In this document: positions 44,024-53,170 of the stretch, one piece after another
Position numbering within the stretch: the stretch's first letter is position 1
Layout: each line of letters starts with the position of its first letter
NCBI GenBank assembly: GCA_965206695.1
Contig: CBDBKM010000011.1
Coordinates: forward strand, 192,001 to 256,000
Reading direction: 5' to 3'
From: Chlamydiales bacterium
GTDB taxonomy: Bacteria; Chlamydiota; Chlamydiia; Chlamydiales; JAAZZY01
Length of the DNA stretch: 64,000 nucleotides
The notes under the pieces: generated by a model
What the model was told of the DNA's origin: nothing
Seen by the model: only the letters and a program-made list of their open reading frames with translations
The model's database searches: none
Translations under genes and position numbers: made by a program

Positions 44024-44491
44024 ATGAGCTTAAACGATCTGATACATTCTATGAAAAAACTGCTATCGAGTATTAGCTCTGATATAGAAAAAGCGAGTAA
44101 AGGCAATAAAGCCGCAGCTCAAAGGGTTCGTACCGGAACCATTAAGCTTGAAAAGCTTGCTAAGAAATATCGGAAGGAATCTGTGAAAGCAGGGAAAAAA
44201 GGCGGCAAGAAGTCGGCTAAGAGAAAACCGGCTAAAAAAGCGGCTAAGAGAAAGCCTGCTAAAAAAGCGGCTAAAAGAAAGCCTGCTAAAAAAGCGGCTA
44301 AAAGAAAGCCTGCTAAAAAAGCGGCTAAGAAAAAGCCTGCTAAAAAAGCGGCTAAGAAAAAAGTTGCCACTGCTAAACGCAAAACTGCTCGAAGAAAAGT
44401 TGGCGTTAAAGCAAGAGCTATGTCGAAGAAAAGGCCTAAGCGTAAAGCAGCGAAGAAAAAAGCAAAATCTCCTTCTAGAAGAAAGAAGTAA
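44024..44491 (+). CDS. hctA: Histone H1-like protein Hc1 with an extended repeat tail
   Basis: KGNKAAAQRVRTGTIKLEK..K.YRKES Hc1 signature; AGGAG RBS at 44011 supports ATG 44024. Confidence 0.93.
   Translation: MSLNDLIHSMKKLLSSISSDIEKASKGNKAAAQRVRTGTIKLEKLAKKYRKESVKAGKKGGKKSAKRKPAKKAAKRKPAKKAAKRKPAKKAAKRKPAKKAAKKKPAKKAAKKKVATAKRKTARRKVGVKARAMSKKRPKRKAAKKKAKSPSRRKK
44216..44350 (+). repeat. Five 27-bp tandem repeats encoding AK(R/K)KPAKKA
   Basis: gctaa(g/a)a(g/a)aaa(g/a)cc(t/g)gctaaaaaagcg x5. Confidence 0.95.
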
Positions 44492-44517
44492 TTCTATCTT
44501 TTAGAAAAAGGATTCTG

Positions 44518-44545
44518 AAGGGGGTGTTTTTCACCCCTTTTTCTT
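44518..44545 (+). terminator. Intrinsic terminator after hctA
   Basis: aagggggtg-ttttt-cacccctt followed by a T-run. Confidence 0.75.
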
Positions 44546-44655
44546 TTATCACAATATTCTATTGAATTTAGAAACGTTGATTGATTGCATCTTGAACCTT
44601 TATAATCTATGAAGACTGCGTAAATGCAGTCGACTCCCAAACTCGCTTGCAACGG

Positions 44656-44915
44656 CAGAGAGTTTGAAAGGCATTTAATTTTACTTGAGGCTATGCGGTC
44701 TCTTCCTTTATTAAAATAACCTATTGTATTAGAGCATTGTTGATTTTTAAATCTGATCCGCTGCGTGAGCGGTAGAGTGCCTGTGGAGTTGTAAATAATT
44801 CCTGAGCGTCGCCCAATATGGGTTAGCAAAGACGGAGCAGCGAAGAAGCAGGAAAAGAGCGGTGAGTCAAACACGATGTTTGGCGAGATCATAAGCCTCC
44901 AACACGAAGACTTAG
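44656..44915 (+). mobile_element. Putative non-autonomous tnpB-tail (IS607-like) cassette
   Basis: Non-coding and GC-richer than its flanks. Hairpin ccgct-gcgtg-agcgg followed by gcctgtggag and gaagcaggaa, resembling tnpB 3' tails. Boundaries are inferred. Confidence 0.45.
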
Positions 44916-45775
44916 ATAATTACTTGATTAGGCTTAATATCTCATCTAATGCCTTCTTTCAGCCTAACACACGTCAAGCCCGGCTTTTATACTCCGCTGC
45001 TCTAAAACCGCTAGATAAGCCAATTAAAGGCTTTGTTTATGATTTATGATAATCCAGCGGGAAAACCCTTTGCTTTAACATTGGGATGAGAGCGTTTTTC
45101 TCTTGTATTAAACAATTCTTTTTGTTTAAATGCCTTTGTTTTTCAAAATTACCGTAGGGCATACGGAAAGGGTTTCGTAAAAATCCATAGCCTTGGAAAC
45201 TGATACGACTACAAAACGAGAGTAATCCTATTGAAAAATAGGTTAATAGAGGATTAAAGGAACCTCCTAACCGTGAGGGATGGGAATCCATCGGCTTTAG
45301 TCGTTGAAGGAAGTCAAACTGTGGGCTCGGAAGCTTAGGCATGGCGGCTTCTTGTTTTGCCGACACGGTCATTAGAATCGAAATTAATTCTGAAGCACTC
45401 AAACAGGCTCACCACAATGTCGTGATCAACCAGATCAAAAACATTGTGATCATAGAAGGAGTTGTTCATAAGATCTTATCACCATTACAAACAGATCCTC
45501 AATTTATCAACCCTGAGCCGGTTATTTTAGGCCCTCCTCGCGCCGGATTAACGCCTAAAGCTATACAAGATCTTATTCATTTAAGACCGAAAGAGATTCT
45601 TTATATCTCTTGTGAACCTACTTCACAGCAAAGCAATGTCACTCATCTAATGGATAATGGTTATATGCTTACGAAAATACAACCTATCGATCAATTTCCA
45701 CACACTCCTCATATTAAAAATATTATTCTTCTAAAACATCAAACTGTCTCAATTTATGTCTCGAATGCAATTTAA
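44916..45775 (+). pseudogene. rlmD: 23S rRNA m5U methyltransferase (RlmD/TrmA family), 5'-deleted and interrupted
   Basis: ISSNAFFQPNTRQ..LY, VYDLY|CGLGSLG (split by an insertion), PPRAGL, YISCEP, DQFPHTPHI; lies between hctA and yajC as in Chlamydia. Confidence 0.85.
45048..45317 (+). mobile_element. Non-autonomous IS200/IS605-family mini-element (270 bp)
   Basis: Inserted 3' of TTTAT, ends ...ggctttagtcgttgaaggaagTCAA, no target duplication; precise removal restores Y-D-L-Y-C-G. Confidence 0.85.
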
Positions 45776-46865
45776 TATCTTAGCCAAAGAAATCGACTCC
45801 CAAGCAAGAGTAGGAGAAATCGAAACAGCTCACGGTGTCATAAAAACTCCTGCCTTTATGCCTGTTGGCACCAAAGGTTGCGTTAAAGCCGTGACCAACC
45901 GGCAATTACATGACCTCGATGCCCACATCATTCTTGGTAATACGTATCATCTCATGCTAAAACCGGGCCAAGAAATCATCAAACAAGCCGGGGGCCTTCA
46001 TAAATTCATGAATTGGTCTAAGCCTATTTTAACCGATTCAGGAGGCTTTCAGGTATTTTCGCTTTCTCATTTAAATAAGGTCACGGAGGAAGGCGTCCAT
46101 TTTAAGTCTCATATTGATGGATCTAAACATTTTTTAGGCCCCACTGAAAGTATGTGTATTCAAAAGAATTTAGGTAGCGATATAGTCACGGCCTTTGATG
46201 AATGCACCCATTTTCCCTGTGAAAAATCGGAAGCGGAGCAAGCTCTTGAAAAAACAACTCGCTGGGCAAAGACCTGTCGTAATTATGAATTAATGCCTCA
46301 TCAAAATCTTTTTGGTATCGTACAAGGAAGTGTCTACCCTGACTTGCGGGCTCAATCAGCTAAAAAACTCGTATCAATGGACTTTGACGGTTACGCTATT
46401 GGCGGACTGGCTGTTGGCGAACCTAAGGAAATGATGAATGATATGATTAATTTCACTGTCCCTCATCTTCCTGAAAAAAAGCCTCGCTATCTCATGGGTG
46501 TTGGAACTCCACGCAACTTAATCGAAGCCGTTATGCGAGGTATTGATATGTTTGATTGTGTTATGCCTACACGTAATGCACGTAATGGCACGGCTTTTAC
46601 TTGGGATGGTAAATTAATTATTAAATCAGCTCGTTACACTAAAGATTTTAATCCTTTAGATTCACAAACTTCTTCTTATACTTCTCATTTCTCGAGAGCT
46701 TATTTAAGACATTTATTAAATGTCGATGAAATTACAGGTTTAACGTTAATTACAATCCATAATTTAGCTTTTTATCTTGATTTCATGAATAAAATTAGGC
46801 AATCTATTTTCAATAGATCATTAAATAGATTATATAAACAAATTTGTTCTATATACCCTATTTAA
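45756..46865 (+). CDS. tgt: Queuine tRNA-ribosyltransferase
   Basis: TPAFMPVGT, NTYHL, TDSGGFQVFSL, GIVQG, GGLAVGE, DMFDCVMPTRNAR. Confidence 0.97.
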   Translation: MSRMQFNILAKEIDSQARVGEIETAHGVIKTPAFMPVGTKGCVKAVTNRQLHDLDAHIILGNTYHLMLKPGQEIIKQAGGLHKFMNWSKPILTDSGGFQVFSLSHLNKVTEEGVHFKSHIDGSKHFLGPTESMCIQKNLGSDIVTAFDECTHFPCEKSEAEQALEKTTRWAKTCRNYELMPHQNLFGIVQGSVYPDLRAQSAKKLVSMDFDGYAIGGLAVGEPKEMMNDMINFTVPHLPEKKPRYLMGVGTPRNLIEAVMRGIDMFDCVMPTRNARNGTAFTWDGKLIIKSARYTKDFNPLDSQTSSYTSHFSRAYLRHLLNVDEITGLTLITIHNLAFYLDFMNKIRQSIFNRSLNRLYKQICSIYPI

Positions 46866-46908
46866 TTTTTTGATTGAAAATAACTTAGTTTAAAAGCAAG
46901 GAAAAACG

Positions 46909-47322
46909 TTGATGAAAAAAATATTTTATTGGGCGGCCGGTTTGTCTATAACTTTGTTTACTACCGGTTTACTATATGCACAGGAAAGCGGAGCTGCTCC
47001 TGAGAAGAGTCAACATTTTATGCAAACTTTAATTATGATTGGTATTGCTCTTGTGTTTTTCTACTTCATTTTATGGAGACCTGAGCAAAAACGCCGCAAG
47101 AAAGCTGAAAAACAACGTAATTCTCTTAAACAGGGTGATCGTGCAACTGCGATGGGTATTATCGGAACGGTTCATCGTGTAAAAGAAAATTCTGTTATCT
47201 TAAAAACTTGTGATGACACCAAAATTGAAGTTCATAAGGCTGCTATCAGTGATGTAAAAAGTCCCGGAGAAGCTGAAGAAAAAGAAGTTTCTTCTAAAAA
47301 GGCCGAACAGATAAACAATTAA
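46909..47322 (+). CDS. yajC: Preprotein translocase subunit YajC
   Basis: FFYFILWRPEQKRRK, GDRATAMGIIGTV; follows tgt. Confidence 0.92.
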   Translation: MMKKIFYWAAGLSITLFTTGLLYAQESGAAPEKSQHFMQTLIMIGIALVFFYFILWRPEQKRRKKAEKQRNSLKQGDRATAMGIIGTVHRVKENSVILKTCDDTKIEVHKAAISDVKSPGEAEEKEVSSKKAEQINN

Positions 47323-47338
47323 TTGTCTAAAAATGAAT

Positions 47339-47373
47339 AAGACTTACTTGTAACTAATAAGTAAGTCTTTTTT
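47339..47373 (+). terminator. Intrinsic terminator after yajC
   Basis: aagacttactt-gtaactaat-aagtaagtctt plus a T-run. Confidence 0.7.
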
Positions 47374-47396
47374 CATTCTCAGTTACTAAAATTTAT

Positions 47397-47689
47397 GACA
47401 ATTAAGCGAGACAACTCCTTGCTTTAGCATTAGGATGAGAGCGTCTCGATTAAAGTGTTGTTTCGTATTCGTGTTAATTTTCATATTTTGTATACTATTT
47501 CTATCTTTTAGATTTATCGATGGAATAGCCGGTAAGTTAAGCCTTTGGAGATCCTGTCAAACCCGGGGGGGGAGCATGGGTTGGTTGAAGACCGTAACAG
47601 TTCCTTTTTGGAAATTTTTATTGGGAAAGCCAAGCTTTGTTTCCCGAGCAGTGATAGGAATCACTTCCTTGAGGGTTAGGAGCTGTCAA
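47397..47689 (+). mobile_element. Second non-autonomous IS200/IS605-family mini-element (293 bp)
   Basis: Follows TTTAT; first 48 nt match element 45048 at 39/48 ungapped; ends ggaatc...ggagctgTCAA. Confidence 0.75.
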
Positions 47690-47726
47690 TGTGTAAGGCT
47701 TTTCTTCCCGATCAAGTGGTAGTCTA

Positions 47727-48820
47727 TACCCCTTATGAATCAAAGTGCCGATTCTAAGACTTGAAAATGATCATTGATTCGTGTCCTCATTGATTGAGCA
47801 ATAGAGGGCCAAGTATTTTCAAAAAATCCGGTAATCGATCTCCGAAATTCTTTAGCAGAATTAAAAAACCGATTATTGCGACAATATTCATTCATCACTT
47901 TCCATAATCGTTCAATAGGATTGAGGTTAGGACTGTAAGAAGGTAAATAATAGAGAATAATACCTTGTTTTTCTGCTTCTTGTTTGGTCTGAATACTTGT
48001 ATTATAAGGACCTTGATCTAAAATAAGATGGATATTTGGAGCTGAGGGATATTTTGACCGTAATAAAGCAAAATGTTTTGCCATGGTACCGCTATTTAAT
48101 GTTTCATAAGCATCTATTGTTACCTTCATACTGTTTAAATTGATAGACCCCATAAGATTCATTCGAGTTCTAGAAGCTGTTGTTGCGATTAATTTACTTG
48201 TTCCCGGTCGAATCCAACCATAAGAAATTTTAGTTGCCATAGTTGGATGCACACCATCAGCAAATTCAACAGGCTCATTTTTAGGCAGAGATGCCATAAG
48301 CTTGGTGTAAAATTGCATCCAAGCTTTTTGTTGATCAGAATTTGCCTTAGCCGGTGTACCTTTAGGCTTTTTATAGGAAAAACCATGTGAGTGTAGCCAA
48401 GAAGTCATCCCTGAAATCGTATAAACAATGCCATATTTCGCGAGAACATAAGAACAGATATCTTCTACTTTGACATAGGTATGAGTTGTTAAATGTTTAA
48501 TGAATTCTTCTGACTGTGGCGCAAGAAGTTTACTGACTGAACCACCGCTTTCTACATGCAATTGCTGTTTATTTTGATATTCTTTAATGTGACGAGACAC
48601 TGTTTCATCGTCTAAAAGCACAGCTTCAGCAATACGAGTATTACTCCAACCTTTATTCGACAATAGAACAGCCTTGATACGATCTCGTATACGACCATTC
48701 TTTTCTCGTTTATGTTGCTGTCTGAGATGCTTTTCTTCTGATAGTGTTAAAAATGAATTCATACAAAATAATTTACACTATACGAATACAAAATATCCGG
48801 AGGTTTATTCGTGATGAGTA
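47727..48820 (-). mobile_element. IS630 family element A, copy 2 (intact 340-aa transposase 47740-48762)
   Basis: TA duplication, terminal IRs, DGVHP / DQGPYN / LPSYSPNLNPIERLW DDE motifs. Confidence 0.96.
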
Positions 48821-48996
48821 TATATCCTTAAGAATTTCGTTATTATGTATGGGGTCTTTGGAAGTTTTATTTAAGTCGAAGATGAATGACAAAATGGAAA
48901 AGAGCTAAACTTATACAACTTTTATTGCGCAACAAGTCTATTGTATTTTTCCTTTTTTCGCTTTCTATTTTTTCTTGTTAACATCTAATTAGATGT

Positions 48997-49037
48997 AAAA
49001 AAACCCAAAATCTCTTTAAAGGAGTCTTGGGTTTTTT
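48997..49037 (-). terminator. Putative terminator after the 49048-50517 ORF
   Basis: aaaaaacccaa...ttgggtttttt inverted repeat. Confidence 0.6.
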
Positions 49038-49047
49038 ACAAAATAAC

Positions 49048-50517
49048 CTAGCCATATAATCTGGATTTTGTTCCTTTCAAAGTGGTTGGTGGTGAATATA
49101 GTGGAATCGTAGTCGGTTCCGGCTTTGTCATATCTCTGACAAAAGCGTGATCTGTATGTTTCTCTGAGTGTATTGTGGAGTGTTGCGCTGACATTCCTCT
49201 ATTGCTTTCAACGCTATCGGTTCTTTCTTTTTCCGTTCTGTCTTTGATCCTTGATGTTTCTTGGTCTTCCTGTAATTGGTTCATTTGCTTTTGAACAAGC
49301 TTAAGAACATGAATAAGGGTCTCAATTAGTTTACTTAATTTTTCTAATAGATCTGTTTGACCTACCGGAGATTTCATTAAATCTTTATTGATATTTTTCA
49401 AAAAAGACTGAAGTAGTTGTATTGTTGCATTTTCTGATGCAATGGCTGCAACAACCTGATTAAATTCACCTGTTAGCTTATCTATTTTATTTAGTAATCG
49501 TGTATTTCCAATCGATGCCTTTTGTACATCACTGTCTAGAGCTCTATAATTTCCTGAATCGATCGCATCTTCGATTTGCTTAGCATATGTTTGTGCGCCC
49601 GGAGGAAGATTTTTCAATTGATCGTTTAAACCGTTAATTTTTTCTTCTGTTTTACCTACACTAGCTTGCGCTTTATTTACAGTTTCTTGAGCTTCCGCAA
49701 CTTTCTCTTTATCGGCGGTAACTTTTGCTTTTGCATACGTTAATGCCTGATCTGCGCTATCCATTCTTAAGTTGGCAGCATCCATTTTTGATTTAGCAGC
49801 ATTCATTTTGTCTTTATTTGCCTGTGAAGGATCATTTTGATAAGCTTTTTGTGCTTTTGCATAGGCATCTTTATCTTTATTATATGCATTATGGGCTGCA
49901 GTATCAGTGCCTTGTACTGCATTTTCTGCTTCACTATCTGACGCTAATGCACTCTGCGCTTTAGCTAAATTACCTTTAGCTTTATCTACTATCTTTTCAG
50001 CTTCATCTAAACTACCTACTAACTGACTTAACTCGTCTAAAAGTTTTTGATAAGCTTGCACATCTTCTTTGTTAGGAAGATTTGCCAATTCTTTTTGAAG
50101 CTTTTTTAATTTCGCCGTATTCTCTGCTAACAGTGTAAATATTGTTGTAGATGCATCTATATTTTTAAAAAGCTCGGTATTAGTTAAAGCACCTTGATTC
50201 TTTTGAAATTCCAATAATAAAATATAGACCTCTGTAAGAGGATTTCCGGTACTTGGTCCATTCGCACCATTGCCGGTTGGATTTGGAGTACTGCTTGGAG
50301 CCGGTTCCTCTGTTTCAGTACTACCTTTAGCTTTTGCCTTAGTAGGTGATTGACCATCACCTAGGGCAGTCGAAAGAGAACGATACACTTCTGCAGTGGC
50401 AGCAAGGAAAAAATTGCTGCGCGAAAGCTGTGCTTTCCCCGAATTAGGAATGACTGTATTTACTGCAATATTTTCACTCTTCCCTTCAGGAGGGAGTTGA
50501 TTGATTTGAGTTTCCAC
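49048..50517 (-). CDS. Hypothetical Ala/Lys-rich coiled-coil protein
   Basis: 489 aa with a low-complexity N-terminus, long heptad-rich core and GGAG RBS. Confidence 0.75.
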   Translation of the reverse strand: METQINQLPPEGKSENIAVNTVIPNSGKAQLSRSNFFLAATAEVYRSLSTALGDGQSPTKAKAKGSTETEEPAPSSTPNPTGNGANGPSTGNPLTEVYILLLEFQKNQGALTNTELFKNIDASTTIFTLLAENTAKLKKLQKELANLPNKEDVQAYQKLLDELSQLVGSLDEAEKIVDKAKGNLAKAQSALASDSEAENAVQGTDTAAHNAYNKDKDAYAKAQKAYQNDPSQANKDKMNAAKSKMDAANLRMDSADQALTYAKAKVTADKEKVAEAQETVNKAQASVGKTEEKINGLNDQLKNLPPGAQTYAKQIEDAIDSGNYRALDSDVQKASIGNTRLLNKIDKLTGEFNQVVAAIASENATIQLLQSFLKNINKDLMKSPVGQTDLLEKLSKLIETLIHVLKLVQKQMNQLQEDQETSRIKDRTEKERTDSVESNRGMSAQHSTIHSEKHTDHAFVRDMTKPEPTTIPLYSPPTTLKGTKSRLYG

Positions 50518-50582
50518 TTGAATTCTCCGTAAATTTTGGTTTTCGTTTGATAATTTCTGAGGATTTAAAAGCGTTTAGTTAG

Positions 50583-50831
50583 CTACCATCCGCCATTATC
50601 ATCTTCATTTTCTTTGTCTTCTTCTTCCCTGTGCATGGGATCATTTTTAGCACTAGCGGTTGATTCTTCAGGCTTTTCTTTTTTAAGGGTTAAAAGATTC
50701 TGAAATACATTTCCTTGGGCTTCACTAGAGTCTTGCATAACTCTCTTATTTTTAGACTGTTGATCAAATTGGGATTGAGATCCGGTCGTCATTACACTCT
50801 GAGATAAAGTTAAGTTAAAATCACTGCTCAT
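50583..50831 (-). CDS. Small acidic hypothetical protein
   Basis: 82-aa ORF, co-oriented upstream of the coiled-coil gene. Confidence 0.5.
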   Translation of the reverse strand: MSSDFNLTLSQSVMTTGSQSQFDQQSKNKRVMQDSSEAQGNVFQNLLTLKKEKPEESTASAKNDPMHREEEDKENEDDNGGW

Positions 50832-51082
50832 TTTTCTATTAAACCGCTTTTAGTTAATCTACAATCATTAGTCAACTAACTACTAATGGATTGATATATA
50901 TATTGTATCAAAAAATCGATTTTTTGTAAACAGAAAAATTAAATATAAGTCATTTATGATGAGAAGCATGTTAAATAGAAAATATTACTAAAGCGCCTTT
51001 TTTAAGTATGAAATGCAACAAATAGATCCTTCATTATCGCTTAATTTTCTTTGATTGAAAACCTCTATAAGACCTCTGCATA

Positions 51083-52176
51083 TACCCCTTATGAATCAAA
51101 GTGCCGATTCTAAGACTTGAAAATGATCATTGATTCGTTTCCTCATTGATTGAGCAATAGAGGGCCAAGTATTTTCAAAAAATCCGGTAATCGATCTCCG
51201 AAATTCTTTAGCAGAATTAAAAAACCGATTATTGCGACAATATTCATTCATCACTTTCCATAATCGTTCAATGGGATTGAGGTTAGGACTGTAAGAAGGT
51301 AAATAATAGAGAATAATACCTTGTTTTTCTGCTTCTTGTTTGGTCTGAATACTTGTATTATAAGGGCCTTGATCTAAAATAAGATGGATATTTGGAGCTG
51401 AGGGGTATTTTGACCGTAGCAAAGCAAAATGCTTTGCCATGGTACCGCTATTTAATGTTTCATAAGCATCTATTGTTACCTTCATACTGTTTAAATTGAT
51501 AGACCCCATAAGATTCATTCGAGTACGAGAAGCTGTTGTTGCAATCAATTTATCTGTTCCCGGTCGAATCCAACCATAAGAAATTTTAGTTGCCATAGTT
51601 GGATGTACACCATCAGCAAATTCAACAGGCTCATTTTTAGGCAGAGATGCCATAAGCTTGGTGTAAAATTGCATCCAAGCTTTTTGTTGATCAGAATTTG
51701 CCTTAGCCGGTGTACCTTTAGGCTTTTTATAGGAAAAACCATGTGAGTGTAGCCAAGAAGTCATCCCTGAAATCGTATAAACAATGCCATATTTCGCGAG
51801 AACATAAGAACAGATATCTTCTACTTTGACATAGGTATGAGTTGTTAAATGTTTAATGAATTCTTCTGACTGTGGCGCAAGAAGTTTACTGACTGAACCA
51901 CCGCTTTCTACATGCAATTGCTGTTTATTTTGATATTCTTTAATGTGACGAGACACTGTTTCATCGTCTAAAAGCACAGCTTCAGCAATACGAGTATTAC
52001 TCCAACCTTTATTCGACAATAGAACAGCCTTGATACGATCTCGTATACGACCATTCTTTTCTCGTTTATGTTGCTGTCTGAGATGCTTTTCTTCTGATAG
52101 TGTTAAAAATGAATTCATACAAAATAATTTATACTATACGAATACAAAATATCCGGAGTTTTATTCGTGATGAGTA
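51083..52176 (-). mobile_element. IS630 family element A, copy 3 (intact transposase 51096-52118)
   Basis: Same ends and length (1094 bp); TA on both sides. Confidence 0.96.
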
Positions 52177-52178
52177 TA

Positions 52179-53113
52179 TAGTATTTTAATTTTTATTTGA
52201 TAATATGTTATCCTTCTTTTTTTATACAAACAGTAAGGACAAAACAATGCCTAGAGCCTATTCAGTAGATCTTCGAGAGAAAGTATTACAACATATAGAA
52301 AAACATCATGATAAAAAAACAGCCGGCCATATTTTTCAAGTAGGTATCGCAACAATATATCGATGGATCTTGCAAAAAAAGCAAAAAGGACATTTAAAGC
52401 CAATCCGCAGAAAATATGCTTATAAGAAATTAGATGATGAGTTGTTATCTAAATATGTAGAAAAACATCCGGATTATTTTTTATCGGAAATTGCTGATTA
52501 TTTTTCAGTCACTCCGCAAACGATTTTTTATGCCCTTAAAAGATTAAAAATTACACGAAAAAAAAAACTACTCGCTATAAGGAAAGAGATGAAAAGAAAC
52601 GGGAAGCTTTTATGAAAGATTTTAAAAATATTCCCTTTGACAAGAGAATTTATCTCGATGAAACCGGGATTCATCAATTTTTATTTCGTGAGTCCGGAAG
52701 AACCTTACGCGGCAAAAAAGTTTTTGGAGCGGTTTCAGGAAACCGCTTTATAAGGCAAAATATTATTTCAGCCCTATCTAAAGGGCAGTTTTTATCTCCA
52801 ATGTGTTTTGAAGGTACTTGTAATACCGGGTTATTCAATATTTGGCTTAAGGAAGTTTTGACTCCTCAGCTTACACCCGGTAGTGTTCTTATTCTTGACA
52901 ATGCCGGTTTTCACAAGTCAGCGGAAAGCAGGAAAACAGTAGAATCTGCCGGTTGTAAGCTTATGTTTCTTCCTCCCTATTCTCCGGACTTAAATCCTAT
53001 AGAAAAATATTGGGCTAATATGAAAAATAAAGTTAGAGAGATATTACGAAAAGTTACGAATTTTACATTCGCCATTGATCAAGCAATCTTATCAATATAA
53101 AATTAAATGACTA
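52179..53113 (+). mobile_element. IS630 family element B, copy 2
   Basis: Same ends and length (935 bp); shares the TA at 52177-52178 with element A copy 3. Confidence 0.96.
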
Positions 53114-53170
53114 TAAATTGCCTGTAACATTATTTGTAATAGATATCATCTTCCTCCTTGAAATAACTTA

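Noticed and set aside
44119..44382. Hydrophobic repeat protein (AAFLAGF)n
   Set aside because: It is the antisense translation of the hctA repeats.
45048..45317. Self-splicing intron or IStron in rlmD
   Set aside because: No recognisable group I core or group II GUGYG/domain V was seen. The ends fit IS200/IS605, and rlmD is independently 5'-deleted.
44494..45402. ORFs 44494-44892 and 45037-45402 on the minus strand
   Set aside because: They are antisense shadows across the mini-elements and rlmD remnant, with no protein motifs.
47435..47722. 95-aa membrane protein ORF
   Set aside because: It lies almost wholly within the second mini-element and starts inside its left-end motif.
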